A DNA stretch of 64,000 nucleotides, taken from contig OY761158.1 of assembly GCA_963664405.1 (NCBI GenBank), forward strand, positions 4,448,001 to 4,512,000, read 5' to 3'. Source of the stretch: Thermoanaerobaculia bacterium (GTDB taxonomy: Bacteria > Acidobacteriota > Thermoanaerobaculia > Multivoradales > Multivoraceae). The translations under genes and the position numbers were made by a program. Positions 18,836-30,282 of the stretch are shown here, in pieces. Each line of letters begins with the position of its first letter. Within the stretch, counting starts at the first letter, position 1. The notes below the pieces were generated by a model that had not been told where the DNA came from, made no database searches, and worked only from the letters and a program-made list of their open reading frames with translations.

Positions 18836-20395
18836 ATGAAGTCGAAAATATTCCCCATCTTCCCGATTCTCGTCCTTCTCGTCGCCGGCGCCGCCATCGC
18901 GGTCGACTGGATCGACACTGTCGCCATCCACTCCGGCCGGATTCAAGGCGAGACCGCCGATGACGGTATTCGCGTCTTTCGCGGCATTCCCTTCGCCGCC
19001 CCGCCGATCGGCGACCTGCGCTGGCGTCCGCCGCAGGATGTCGCGTCCTGGCCCGGCGTGCGCGACGCGACCGGGTTCGGCGCGGCTTGCCCCCAGGCAC
19101 CGGTGCTTGCGCGGATGGACACGAGACCGGCGACCTTCGACGAAGATTGCCTCTACCTCAACATCTGGACGCCCGCGGCCAACCCGGACGAGGCACTCCC
19201 GGTCATGGTCTGGATCCACGGCGGCGGCCTGAGCGTCGGCTACAGCCACCAGGGGATGTACGACGGCACGGCCTTTGCCAAGCAGGGAGTCGTGATCATG
19301 AGCGTCAACTACCGTCTCGGCCCCCTCGGTTTTCTCGCCCATCCGGCTCTGTCGAAGGAGTCGAAGACCGGCGTATCGGGCAACTACGGCTTTCTCGACC
19401 AGGTCGCCAGCCTCGAGTGGGTACATCGAAATGTCGCCGCCTTCGGTGGCGACCCGCGCCGCGTCACCATCTTCGGCGAATCAGCTGGCGCTACCAGCGT
19501 TTTTGCACTCCTCGCCTCGCCGACCACCAAGGGCCTCTTTCAGGGGGCGATCGCGGAGAGCCCCTGGGTCAACGAGACCAACGTCGCCTACCAATCGCGC
19601 AAGACCCCGTTCGCCGACAGTGGCGAAGCCCAGGGCGTGGTCTTCGCCACCAAGCTCCTCGGCGAGAACGCGTCGCTGGCCGACTTGCGCGCGTTCGACG
19701 CCGACGAGATGATCACGACTGACGGCTTCGCTCCTTTCATCAACGTCGACGGTCAGTTCATGCCCGAGCTGTCCGAGAAGATCTTTGCCGCCGGCAAGCA
19801 GCACAACGTCCCTATGATCGTTGGCACCAACACCAACGAGGGCACCATGTTCATGGGCGGCTTCGTCACGTGCCTCGACGCGTTCACCGGCCCTATCACC
19901 AAGCTCTACGGTGATCAGGCCGAGAAGGTCCTCGCCCTCTACCCGGCGGCCTCGAAGGAGGATCTGCCGACCGTCGCTGACCGTTACATCACCGATGCCT
20001 GGTTCGTGCGCGCCAGTCGGGCGATGCTCAATGGACATGGCGAAGTGAGCTCGCCGGCCTTCCAGTACCACTTCACCAAGAAGAGCCGCTCGATCCCGGC
20101 CTGGGGCGCACACCACGCCAACGAGCTCGGTTACGTCTTCAATACCTACCAGGGCTTCGGCCCGCCTGCGGAGCCTGACGCTTCCGAGCTGGCGCTGGGT
20201 GGAGCGATGATCGAGTACTGGTCTCAGTTCGCCAAGACCGGCGACCCCAACACCGAAGGTCGGCCCGAGTGGCCCACCTTCGAGCCGGGGTCTGAGAAGT
20301 TCCTCGAGCTGGGTGACGAGATCCGCGTCGGCGCCGAGCTCCAGAAAGAGAGCTGCGACACCCTCGAGGCCGTGATCGCCAAGTTGGGCGGTTAG
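18836..20395 (+). CDS. Type-B carboxylesterase, secreted
   Basis: RBS AAGGAGG and signal peptide. Motifs FRGIPFAAPP, EDCLYLNIW, WIHGGG, NYRLG, FGESAG, NTNEG and GAHHANEL. Confidence 0.93.
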   Translation: MKSKIFPIFPILVLLVAGAAIAVDWIDTVAIHSGRIQGETADDGIRVFRGIPFAAPPIGDLRWRPPQDVASWPGVRDATGFGAACPQAPVLARMDTRPATFDEDCLYLNIWTPAANPDEALPVMVWIHGGGLSVGYSHQGMYDGTAFAKQGVVIMSVNYRLGPLGFLAHPALSKESKTGVSGNYGFLDQVASLEWVHRNVAAFGGDPRRVTIFGESAGATSVFALLASPTTKGLFQGAIAESPWVNETNVAYQSRKTPFADSGEAQGVVFATKLLGENASLADLRAFDADEMITTDGFAPFINVDGQFMPELSEKIFAAGKQHNVPMIVGTNTNEGTMFMGGFVTCLDAFTGPITKLYGDQAEKVLALYPAASKEDLPTVADRYITDAWFVRASRAMLNGHGEVSSPAFQYHFTKKSRSIPAWGAHHANELGYVFNTYQGFGPPAEPDASELALGGAMIEYWSQFAKTGDPNTEGRPEWPTFEPGSEKFLELGDEIRVGAELQKESCDTLEAVIAKLGG

Positions 20396-20616
20396 CTGCT
20401 GGCGCAGCTTGCCTTGAAGGCCGGAGCCTCCTCCGGCTGAGCCTACCCAGGGGCTGGGGAGCTTGCGATCGTAGGCGGTCCGCTGCGACGTCTCGCCGGC
20501 TCCTAGATTCTTCCCTCCTCGAGGTGCCTCGCCAAGGTGCCCACCCACTTCTCCCCTATAATCAGCTCGGGCGGCTCGGCGGGCGAGTCGAGCAACAACT
20601 CGACGGAGCGATAATT

Positions 20617-20988
20617 ATGAACATGCTACGCGGGCTCTTTGTCTTGGGTGTCGGCTATCTGCCTCTCGCCCTCGTCTCGAGCAGCGTTGTCTCGAGCTTG
20701 TTCACCGACACGCTCAAGCCCGACATCAACGATGTCATTCTGAGTTTCATCGGCATGGTGGTGGTCGCGCTGGTTGCCGGAGTCGTGTGCGCATGGATTG
20801 CGGGCTCGGCGAATCACCCGGCGATCTACTTGGTCCTCTTTGCCATCGGAATGATGGGCCTTCGGTCGCTGATTCTGGGCACCGGTATCGAGCCTGGGTG
20901 GTACCGGCTCGTGGGCCCTCTAGCTCAGGGTATCGGCTTCCTGTTCGGTGCCTCGCTGGCACCGCGCCGCCTCGAGCGCGGAGTGTGA
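20617..20988 (+). CDS. Small integral membrane protein (~4 TM)
   Basis: Four hydrophobic segments. No family recognised. Confidence 0.65.
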   Translation: MNMLRGLFVLGVGYLPLALVSSSVVSSLFTDTLKPDINDVILSFIGMVVVALVAGVVCAWIAGSANHPAIYLVLFAIGMMGLRSLILGTGIEPGWYRLVGPLAQGIGFLFGASLAPRRLERGV

Positions 20989-20989
20989 G

Positions 20990-21557
20990 GTCCGGCGATC
21001 CATCGTCGCCCTGACGGTTTGGCGAGCGGCGTCGGAGCGAGCATCAGCCAGCGTTCGGGCCGATGAGCTCTCATTCCGCGGCGCTCTTTCTCGCCGATCA
21101 TCTCGATTTGGCAGAGGGCGCGCGGAGTGCGGTTCTGTTTTGTCTGATGCTCGGCGGTGTGCTGGGCTTGCTGACGACAGATCGGCTGCTTCGAAGCCAT
21201 GAGCCCTTGAAGGTCTTGCGTTGGGCGTGTGTTGCCTGTGCGATCTCTTACGCCTGCTGGCTCTTTGCGCCCGGTCTTGTTGCGAGCGCTCTGTTGCTTG
21301 GAGCCACCGGCTTTTTCGGTGCTGCTCTTTACCCGATTGTAAAGGCCAGGGCGTATCGCGCTCTGCCACGTCAGAGCGGCATGGTCAATGCGGTCTCCCA
21401 TATCTTTACGCCACTCGAGATCGCATTGCCGCTCGGACTCGGCCTCGTTGCAGACGTGTTCGGTTTGACCGCCGCGCTGGTAGTACTGATCGCGCAGCCG
21501 GTGGGGATCTTGGTGCTGGCGTCGCTGCCCCTCGCCAAGGAGGCTCAGGTGAGCTGA
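20990..21557 (+). pseudogene. MFS transporter C-terminal fragment
   Basis: GGVLGLLTTDRL, ALYPIVKARAYRALPRQSGMVNA and LGLGLVADVFGL. Only about 5-6 TM helices are present and there is no N-terminal half. Confidence 0.65.
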
Positions 21558-21644
21558 GGCGGCGAGCTCGAGCTTGTTGGAGATGGGGGAGCAGGCATTC
21601 GACCGCGACGTGTGGCCGATCGAAGCTGAGGTAGATCGCTGAAG

Positions 21645-21860
21645 CTACGCTTCCGAACCGACGGCGGCCTTGGCCTTCTTAGCGATCTCCAGCCAGCTGA
21701 AGAACTCCTCGGGAAGAAGTTCCGCAGGTGCCGTCTCGCGAACGAAGGCCAGATAGGGAAGGGCCTCCTCGGGGCTGCCGTTCCTGCACAGCTCGATGCC
21801 GCGTTTTAGGAGTCGGCCCAGTGGGTCGTCTTCACTGAGTTGGTGAGAGTGATCAATCAT
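21645..21860 (-). CDS. Small hypothetical protein (TPR-like helix pair)
   Basis: LLKRGIELCRNGSPEEALPYL. The support is weak. Confidence 0.35.
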   Translation of the reverse strand: MIDHSHQLSEDDPLGRLLKRGIELCRNGSPEEALPYLAFVRETAPAELLPEEFFSWLEIAKKAKAAVGSEA

Positions 21861-22118
21861 ATGCGGCCGTTCCGCTAGTTACCCGAGGCCCGAATCTCGA
21901 TGATGTCGGATTGCGAGTTGTAGTGTGCCTTCGCGCCGTCAGGGCAGCGTCAGGAGAGGGTCAGGTTCACTGACGGAAATAGGACTGCTGAAAGCAACGG
22001 GGGAGATGCACTGGCTGCCGGCGACGCCGGCTCGGTCGCGCATACCTATGAGCAAGCGCCCCGCTGGCACATGTTGCATCCTCCGGTCTAGAAGAGCCGC
22101 CCGCTGAGCGCAGCGCAG

Positions 22119-22688
22119 CTACGGCTCGATCGCAGGCTCCCGGCAGACGTTGAACTTGCTGGTGCGATGGAGCTCGAACTCTTCGTTGGTCGGCGAATCG
22201 CTTCTGGTCCAGTGGCCGTTCTCACAGGCCCAGACTTGCTCCAGGGCGGTGAACTTCAGCGATAACGCGATCAGGACCCAGCACCTCGCCACTTTGATGT
22301 GAGCCGAGAAGCCGGTAATGGTCGGTCGTCTGTAGAGGGTTAGGCCCGAGCCCGCTTCGCCGGGGGAACCGACTCCGCCGGGGGGTGCGTCGCTCTCGCC
22401 GGCAATCCTTGGCCATAATGAGGCCCAAGAGACTTCGAAGTCCACCGGGTGCGCACCACTGGCGATGGCGACCTCTTCCTCGAAGTACTGGATGAGCGTG
22501 CCGTCATCGGTGATGAGCGGGTCGTCGGGTGACCAACCGGGCACGGGTACATTGGTGTTCTCGGCCAGTCTGATTGGCCTTGCCGGGTTGTAACGCGCGA
22601 CGGAAAGCTCTTCCCAGCCGGTGTTCGGCCGGGGGATGAATAAACCGTCGTGATCGCTACTGCTACTAGGCGTTCTCTGTGTCGGCAT
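22119..22688 (-). CDS. Hypothetical protein
   Basis: 189-aa ORF with no recognised motif. Confidence 0.35.
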   Translation of the reverse strand: MPTQRTPSSSSDHDGLFIPRPNTGWEELSVARYNPARPIRLAENTNVPVPGWSPDDPLITDDGTLIQYFEEEVAIASGAHPVDFEVSWASLWPRIAGESDAPPGGVGSPGEAGSGLTLYRRPTITGFSAHIKVARCWVLIALSLKFTALEQVWACENGHWTRSDSPTNEEFELHRTSKFNVCREPAIEP

Positions 22689-22842
22689 TGGGTCCCCCGC
22701 AGTTGGTGGGCTTTCTACCCTCTCAAGTAGATTCTAGCCTGCCAGCCATCGTAGTGCCCTTATCTCCGAGCCTTCGATGGGTTGAGCAGCGTGGAACTAT
22801 GGATCGGTCGGCTCTAGGTAAGGTATGCTCTCGCGGCCTTTT

Positions 22843-22928
22843 GGAGGAGTGGCCGAGTGGTCAATGGCAGCAGACTGTAAATCTGCCGGGAATTCCCTAC
22901 GGTGGTTCAAATCCATCCTCCTCCACCA
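22843..22928 (+). tRNA. tRNA-Tyr (GTA)
   Basis: GGAGGAG...CTCCTCC acceptor stem plus ACCA, anticodon arm gcagaCTGTAAAtctgc, long variable arm and GGTTCAAATCC T-loop. Confidence 0.97.
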
Positions 22929-22933
22929 TCCCC

Positions 22934-23008
<75 letters not shown>

Positions 23009-23126
23009 TCTAAAAACAAACAACTTAGCCCTAAAGACCCTTGAAACAAGGGTTTTACTGGTGTCCACCTAGGCGCCTCTAGCTGCGCTCGTCTACTCAG
23101 CTTTGCGCCTTAGTACGTGGTATGAT

Positions 23127-23146
23127 GCTGACCAGGTAGCTGACCA
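23127..23146 (+). repeat. Putative integrase arm-type sites (left)
   Basis: GCTGACCA twice with a 12-bp period, just upstream of the integrase. Confidence 0.6.
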
Positions 23147-23160
23147 GAGGTGGGTGCCTG

Positions 23161-24477
23161 GTGCCACGAGCGGCTAAACGACTGACGAAGGCGGACCTCG
23201 ACGCCCTGCGACGCATGGCCAAGGCTGAGGTAGCCTTTACTGCCTACCTGGCAGATGCGGGCCAGCCTGGCCTATGTGTCCAGGCTCGACGTGGACGTGT
23301 CCGCTTCGTTTTCGACTACCGTCCGCCGGCAGGAGGAGCACGACGACGGCTCCAGATTGACTTCTACGGTGCCATCACTCTCGACCAGGCGCGGGCGATC
23401 GCCCAGACACACCGCGCTGCCGTAGCCGCAGGCCAAGATCCCCAGGAGGAGAAGCGCCGGGCAACCCGGGAGGCGACGACTGTCAAGGACGCGGTGGTTA
23501 ACTACTTAGTAGACCTGGAAGAGCGCGCAGCGGGGCCGGCGAAGCGGGGTAAGCGGTCCGGTTACGCCGAGGCCAAGCGGCTTCTTGAGAACAACGTCCT
23601 GCCGAAGCTGAAGGATGTGCCCATTCGTGCCGTCACGGTTGAGCAGGTCCGCCGCCTTCACCGCTCCTTGGCCCCAGTCGAGGCTAACCGCACACTAACG
23701 GCGTTCTCGGCCGTGTTCGGCTTCACCGCCATCGAGGAATTGACGCCATCGGGTTTCAACCCTTGCCGGCACGTCACCAGAAATGAGGAGGCGGGGGAGC
23801 GGCGGGCGCTCACCACCAAGCAACTCGAGAAGCTGGGCGAGAAGATGGGGGAGCTTGAGGAGAAGGGTGACCTAAAGCCCTCGGCGCTGCTCGCCATCCG
23901 ATTGCTGGCTCTCACTGGGCTTCGCCGCTCGGAGCTTCTAGGCCACTCGGCGAAGAATCGCCGCGGCAAACGAGAGGGGCTTCGATGGGGGGATGTCGAC
24001 CTCAAGGCAGGTGTGATTCACTTGCGTGACACGAAGACCGGACGGCAGACACGGGTTATCGGTAAAGCGGCGGTGAAGCTGCTCAAGGATGCCAAGCCGA
24101 AGAGTGTCGACGAGTCGGAGCCGGTCTGCCCTGGGAAGGATCCGCGTCAACCGCTCGTTGGTATCGACAAGGCTCGTAGGACTGCTTACGAGGCCGCAGG
24201 CCTCGCGGAGTTGCCGGGGATAGACCTACACAGCCTGAGGCATACCTTCGCCTCTACGGGGGCGCACGTGGCCAACGGGCGGTACACGGGGCACGTAGGT
24301 GCGCTTTTAGGGCATGGCTACACGAAGCGCAGCATTACCGACCGCTACATCACGAGCGACCCGGAGGCGCTGCGACCGGCAGCGGACGCGATTGCGGGCG
24401 AGGTAGCAGTCCAGCTCGGGATCGACAAGCGGGGGGAGGTTGTTCCTTTTCCCGGAAAGCAGAGCGCGAGGAACTAA
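23161..24477 (+). CDS. Tyrosine integrase with N-terminal arm-DNA-binding domain
   Basis: The N-terminal YLADAGQPGLCVQ...YGAITLDQAR is an arm-binding domain. Catalytic residues lie in LTGLRRSEL, DTKTG, LHSLRHTFAS, LLGH and TDRY. Confidence 0.95.
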   Translation: MPRAAKRLTKADLDALRRMAKAEVAFTAYLADAGQPGLCVQARRGRVRFVFDYRPPAGGARRRLQIDFYGAITLDQARAIAQTHRAAVAAGQDPQEEKRRATREATTVKDAVVNYLVDLEERAAGPAKRGKRSGYAEAKRLLENNVLPKLKDVPIRAVTVEQVRRLHRSLAPVEANRTLTAFSAVFGFTAIEELTPSGFNPCRHVTRNEEAGERRALTTKQLEKLGEKMGELEEKGDLKPSALLAIRLLALTGLRRSELLGHSAKNRRGKREGLRWGDVDLKAGVIHLRDTKTGRQTRVIGKAAVKLLKDAKPKSVDESEPVCPGKDPRQPLVGIDKARRTAYEAAGLAELPGIDLHSLRHTFASTGAHVANGRYTGHVGALLGHGYTKRSITDRYITSDPEALRPAADAIAGEVAVQLGIDKRGEVVPFPGKQSARN

Positions 24478-24505
24478 AGTGCGCCTACCACTCGCTGCTC
24501 CCTCG

Positions 24506-25508
24506 TTACTCTAGGAGGCCTAGCGCACGGTGGCCTGGCACCTTGTCTCGGAGACGGTTACACCTCATCCGGACCTGGTCTCCAGTAAGAGTGCGCCCGG
24601 TTCGTTGCTCCACCTTTTTAGCAATCCGAGCCCAATATTCTCCTCTGCCACCTCGGCGCGGCGGGAGTTTACCAAGAGCCTTGATTTCCAGGAGGATCGC
24701 TTCGTCGAGCAAGTCCGGTACGCTGCCCGGTGCTATCTTGATCTGCCGGTAGACCTCTTTGAGGTCGGCCTCTCGAATGAAAGCGCTTCGGATCGTCACT
24801 TTGACGTATGGGAGCACGCCGTCGATGGTAACGGGAGGGTAGATCAAGGGTGTTCCTGAGAGTGCGTACGCAACGAGATCATGCTCGTCTACTCCAGTCT
24901 TGCGCTTAGCCATTTCCGCGAACGCCTTCAATGCTGCTAGCTTAGAGCCAGGGGGGACCTTGACCCCCTCTGGAGACCAGCTAAATATCTCCGTCCCTTT
25001 AGGCAAGGACGCAAGCTTCGGCGTCACGGAGTCCTTTGGGCTTCATATAGAACAGAAAACTCGCGGTCAGAGTTAGGCCGAACAGTGCGACCTTGATCTC
25101 CTCCCGAAGTTCCTCAGAAATGACCCTAGGTTGGATCTTAGGCTGGCTCTCAATCCATTCGTAGGCGCCAACCTCATTAAAGGGCGGGTCCTCTGTCTTG
25201 AACAGCGTTCGCCTCAGATCCTGAGCGTCTTTGTCGATTATTAGTTGCTCAAGACGGGTTGCTCCAAGCCTTGCCCCGAGTCGGGAGGCCTCGCTCCACT
25301 GGAGGGCTACTTGGTTACCAGGGGTACGGGGGGCACGCGCTCCCATGAGGCCTGCAAGCTCGACGCAACCGTTGGCCTTGGGTTTCGAGTCCCACCCCTG
25401 CCTTTGGTAGTGGGCGATCGCCACGGCGACCGCCCACGGGTGCTGCTCCCGCCCTTTGCTCCGTACATCACTCTCGAAATTGTAGTCGCGGTCTCTCCGA
25501 ACATTCAT
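24506..25508 (-). pseudogene. Divergent putative regulator, copy 1 (one-base frameshift near 25016)
   Basis: The two ORFs join into a near-identical copy of the 331-aa ORF at 41642-42637 (gcaagcttcgg vs gcaagttcgg). Confidence 0.75.
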
Positions 25509-25604
25509 GATTATCTCCGTTCAATACGCTATTACTAACCATCGACGTCGAAAGCCGGGAACTCCACCCGGGTTTCGACGCGACGACGAAAGGAGAGATC
25601 CAAA

Positions 25605-25829
25605 ATGGAGATTGAGAGCGGACGCCTACTGAAAACAGCGGAGGCAGCCGCCTTATGCGGGCTGTCGCCGCGGACGCTTGAAGCGCATCGCTTTCGTGGC
25701 ACCGGCCCTGTCTATGTATCGCTGTCCCCGAGGTGCGTCAGGTACGAGCTACGCGATCTCACTGAGTGGGTCGCGAGCAGCCGGAGAATATCTACTTCCG
25801 CGGTCGCACCGCCGGACCTGGGTCTATGA
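25605..25829 (+). CDS. AlpA/excisionase-like HTH protein, copy 1
   Basis: RBS AAGGAG; LLKTAEAAALCGLSPRTLEAHRFRGTGPVYV...VRYELRDLTEW. Confidence 0.88.
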   Translation: MEIESGRLLKTAEAAALCGLSPRTLEAHRFRGTGPVYVSLSPRCVRYELRDLTEWVASSRRISTSAVAPPDLGL

Positions 25830-28800
25830 CTACCCTTACCACCGTGTCGAGAATGCCGTGGCTCCGTAACCGACTTCGCCTGGGAAGCAACGGGTCCGAC
25901 AGTGTCCAAGAGCAGCGCTTCACCCATCGAGATGAATCATGTCGGCCTGAGCTAGAGATAGAGGCGACGGCGTGCGGAGCGGTCGGCCAACCGTGGCTCG
26001 TCGATCGCCTGGAGAGGGTCCCCCAGGAGATGGCCGGGACAGGGACACCTGCCCGAACTCGAGCAGGCCGTTATGGCTCGCAACGGCAAGCGGACAGGCG
26101 ACGAGATCGCCTTCTCCTGCCCAGAACCTCAGTCCCATCGGAACGGTGACCGGAACCCACCGGCGCGGTCGAAACGACCCCGAGCTCATCGCGCCACGGA
26201 GTTCGGACTCGAGGAAGAAGCAATCAGATGACCGCGCTCCTCGACATCGAGGCGGCACGCCGCGCGCCGATCGTCTCCGTGTATGCGAGGCCGCGCATGA
26301 AGGCGAGGTGGCGTCGAGACTCTCCCTCTTGTTGAATCGGAGCCGTCTGGTGGCTCGATCTGGCTGCCTCGAAGAGCGAGATGGGAAGAAGACCGCAGGT
26401 GGTCCGTATCAATTGGGCCCCTAGGCAGCACGCCAGCTCGACGGACGCGAGACCTCCAGACTTCGATTCCGCCGTGGAGGGTCGAAAAGCAACGGCGCCT
26501 AGCGGTATGGCACATGTCTTCACGGCCGAGGACCCTTACGTTGGCATCGACCTCGGAGGTGCCCGACTCAGGGATTACCTAACCGCCGAGGCTCGAGGCG
26601 ATCGTAGAGGCCATCGATTCGTATGCGCGGAGTACTCCTAGGTCTCGGGCTGACAAGTGCTCGCGGACTTGTGCCTCGAGTCACAGGGCAGTCGAGATCA
26701 CTCTGAAGGTCGAGGTTCGTGTGGGACTCGTGCGAGCATCGTCGAAGGTCGCCCGACACGATTCCGAACCGACAAGGAAAGGAGCAGCTGCGGCGCTGAA
26801 GCCGAAACGGCTCGAGAAGCCGCAGGAAGTGCCCAGCGCGACGGCACGTAAAGCCCTACCTCGCGACGCAAGTACTCGAAGGCCCGCAGTGCCGCCAACG
26901 GGGGCTTCAAGGCGCATCACGACAGGGGCACGTGGCGAGAGGTGCTACACCCCGAGCGGGTGAACAGCTGTACCCGTCCCAGAGCGCTCGGATCTGGCTC
27001 TAGTGCGGCAATGGCTTCGTGTCAGAGCCCATCGAGATTGATCGTCTCTTACGGGGTTCGAAGCTCTTTCGCAAAACGGACTAGCCCAGTAGACCGTGCC
27101 AGCAGGAGCTACGGCCTAAGGCAGATCGCCAAGGCTCTCGAGGGGAAGACCGAGTTCTACAGCGGGACCCAGAGACGATGACCGAGACCGCTAATCAGAG
27201 GACCTTCAGTGCGGCGACGAAACTTATCCGGTTAGCTCCGAGCGCTACAAGCTCGGGCTGTCGACCGAGGGCGAGTGAGTACGCGGCGCCGACCGAAGGG
27301 CCGCGAAGTAGCCCGCCAGCTCCGATTGAGCCTGGGCGCTGAACTCGCCGCTGCGTACTGGCCCGAAAGGCCGCCAGCCGTAGCGCCCTCGCCGATGCGT
27401 TCGGCGACGATCGAGGGACTCGCGGCGAGGTCGAACTCGCGCTCCACTCAGAACGGCACAGGACGGTGGGGTGGTCTGGCTTGACCTCGGAACGAGAAGG
27501 CACACTGCGTCCGCGGCTGCCGATGGTGGAGCTCACCGATGAGCCTGAGGTACTCTTACGCTCTCCGGTGACCGCGCCGATGCCAGAGCCGTGATGGCGA
27601 CCTTCTCCCTGGGACCTGGTGCCAGGATCGGGAGCCTGGCCGCTCACTTGTCGGCACGATGTTCGCAATGCCTCGGCCATTCTCCTCGAGAGACATCAGT
27701 GATCACCACGGAAAGTGCCGCGTGCTCGATTCGCGATCCCACCAACGCGCTGCGTTCCAGGTGGTGACGTCAGCGCGTTCCACATCGGCGTCAGCCGTCC
27801 TGCGTCGACAACGACGCTGCAGGACTGAGAATGGCTTCATCTCGCCGCGCCGCTCGGGAGGGCTTCGTTCCGGCTACACGGTCGCTGATAACTTCGTGCG
27901 ACATCGCCAACGGGCTCGACCTCGATGCTTATCGAGGAGACCCTGACAGGTCGATCATTCGAGCTGCCCCGGATCGATGCTGAGGAAGGCGCACCGAAGC
28001 CGACTGCGAGGAGTTACAAGCGCTGCGAGCTTAGTGGCTCGAGGGCGGTGTGGCTGCTGCTTACGGTACATCCATCAGCCATGATGGCGGAAGGCGCGCT
28101 GGCCTGCCCAGCTAGGCCACCGTCGAGCACACTTTAGACGCATCCCAGCTATGTCCACTTCGGGCGTCAGCCTGGCCAGCTCTCGAGTGCCGTCGACGCA
28201 CGACCACGTCGCTCGTGCGTCGCCGGCTCGACACCGAGGGGGCCTGGACTGCCGTACGGCGACAGATCTTCTCCAGAGCTAGAAGGGGGTGATGCAGGCC
28301 GCCGAACATGGCCTCGCATCTCGCGCGGTCGAGAGTATAAGCGTCGCTTGGGCCTGGGCAGATGGTACGTTCGTGCGAGTGGACTCATGGCGTCGCCGAT
28401 AGAGGAAGTCGACGCACCAAAGCTGCCGAAGATAGCTCGATGGTAGCTAACTCAACACGTGATCCGTAAGGCGCATCGGCAGGCGATACGCGACCGGACG
28501 GCCAAGGCGGAAGGCGCCCGAGGAGAACCACTGTCAGATTCAGCACGGTGCGAGACCCCCTCGCTATCGAACGCCGGGCTCGGTGGGACGGTCCACTGAA
28601 TGAGTGACGTCCGAAACCTCAGCATGCCGCGCGCTCGCGACGGTCAAGCGACGGTGACCTACCTACCAGGCTACTGACACCGGGGAGAGGTGTAATGGAC
28701 GCACCTGGCGTTCACGCGGAGCTCCAGATCTGCTCGGCGACCGCTTCAGAGGGGAGGACCCGCCAACGGTGTCAAAGATCCGGTGATTTCCAGAAAGTCG

Positions 28801-29650
28801 CCAAAGCCGAAGAGCCCCTGCGGTTGTGGGCCGCGGGGCTTCGAAGGCGGCCCTAGGGTTGTCTTGACGCAGGGCTCGGTAACGCCGTAGATGGTGACGT
28901 ATCTGCCCGACAGCTGGTCCGCTGGCACTCGAGGAATTCGAGCCGCTGACGAGCTCGTCCTCTTCGCCGAGTGACCGACAAGTCAATAACGACGAGCGTT
29001 GAGCGACACTCAAGCACAACGAGGCTTCTCGAGCTTTCGGGCCGGATACCACCGTAAGAGAGTGACCTCCTCGGGCGGGCAGGGGCGCAGTGACGGCAAA
29101 CGGCGGACGTTCTAATGGTGGCGCTCCACGATCCAGCTACTTCGGCGCCACCTTACGCACCTCGCGAGTGGACTCCGCAGCGGGCCCGCGTTCGCCGAGA
29201 GCTACTCGGTGGTAGAACTTACACCTTCGACGCGAGGCTTCCTCGCCGGCGCCTCAGTCTGGGAGTGTGAACTGATGCCTTGGGCGGCCCCGACTCACAC
29301 GCCACCTCGGCCGCCAGCCAGCAAGTCCGAGGCTACGGTGCTAGGCATCGCCAACGTGGCGGCAGCAGTCATGGCTTCAGAGACCCGATCTGCCGAGGCT
29401 GGCCACCTGCGGTACCAGGCTCTGCGACGAGAGCGACTGTCCGCGGGATCACGCTACGCCCATCGACTAGTTCGCAAGAACCTGCGCCCTACGAGCTCGA
29501 GAACGGGCAGTACTCGACTACTGGCTCCAGCGCGAGCTGGCGGCCGGCCACTGACCAGGACAAGCCGAGCGAGTGACCTTCGCTCGCATGGTGGACGACG
29601 TTCTCGCCCCGAGGCTATCAAGTCGCGGCTGGAGTACCCCTGTGAGGCCC
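25830..29650 (+). pseudogene. Heavily garbled copy of the primase/helicase module and downstream genes
   Basis: Recognisable patches are colinear with 42953-46900, e.g. gaggacccttacgttggcatcgacct, ctcgaggggaagaccgagttctac and taatggacgcacctggcgttc. They are separated by dense short deletions. Confidence 0.8.
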
Positions 29651-29684
29651 TCAGAGGCCCCTCAAAGGCCCGAACGGGCGCAGG

Positions 29685-29735
29685 CGTGGGGGGGGGGGCC
29701 CTAAATCTGTTATTTTAGGCCGAAAGACGCGCCCG
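29685..29735 (+). other. Candidate cos-like packaging region
   Basis: A G-run, then a CCTAAA...TTTAGG inverted repeat, then gacgcgccc, directly upstream of a P27-type terS. The position resembles cos regions of HK97-like phages (inference). Confidence 0.4.
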
Positions 29736-29784
29736 TGTTCTGTATATCGTGCCACAATGAAATTTTCTAATCCAGGCTGGCCCC

Positions 29785-30282
29785 ATGCCGAATAACCGAC
29801 GTAAAACCCAGTATCAGAAGGAGCTACTAGGGACGGCGCGGGCGTCTCGGGCTATACATCGCCCGCCCGCTGACACCGTACACCCGAAGCCCCCCGCTGA
29901 ACTATCGAACCAGGCCAAAAAGATATGGCGCTGGCTGTGCAAGCGCATGGCGGAGGACGGTACACTCCGGGCTAAATACCTCGGCGCTATGGCTGGCTGG
30001 TGCGCAGCCTGGGCCCGTTGCCGGGAGATGGAAGCTATACTAAAAAGAGACGGCCCTGAGATGCTGCGCCAGGGCTCCTCGGGGCAAGTTAATATGGCGA
30101 AGCATCATTTACTACAGCCTCTAAACATGGAGTATAAGCTGATGCGCTCGTTTCAGGCTGATCTAGGCTTGTCACCAAAGGACGCCCAAGCGCTGGACTT
30201 AGCAGAGCCCCCGAGTGAGGACGAGGATCTGGGAGCGAGGTATCTGAGGGGCGACCATCCAGAACCCGACCGTCCAAACTGA
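29785..30282 (+). CDS. Phage terminase small subunit, P27 family
   Basis: PKPPAELSNQAKKIWRWL...GWCAAW...MRSFQADLGLSP. Confidence 0.85.
   Translation: MPNNRRKTQYQKELLGTARASRAIHRPPADTVHPKPPAELSNQAKKIWRWLCKRMAEDGTLRAKYLGAMAGWCAAWARCREMEAILKRDGPEMLRQGSSGQVNMAKHHLLQPLNMEYKLMRSFQADLGLSPKDAQALDLAEPPSEDEDLGARYLRGDHPEPDRPN

Larger units (their letters stand above)
24492..29650. repeat. Copy 1 of a ~5-kb module duplicated at 41628-46920
   Basis: Both copies begin tcgctgctccctcgttactctaggagg. They are near-identical up to about 25830, after which copy 1 accumulates deletions. Confidence 0.9.
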
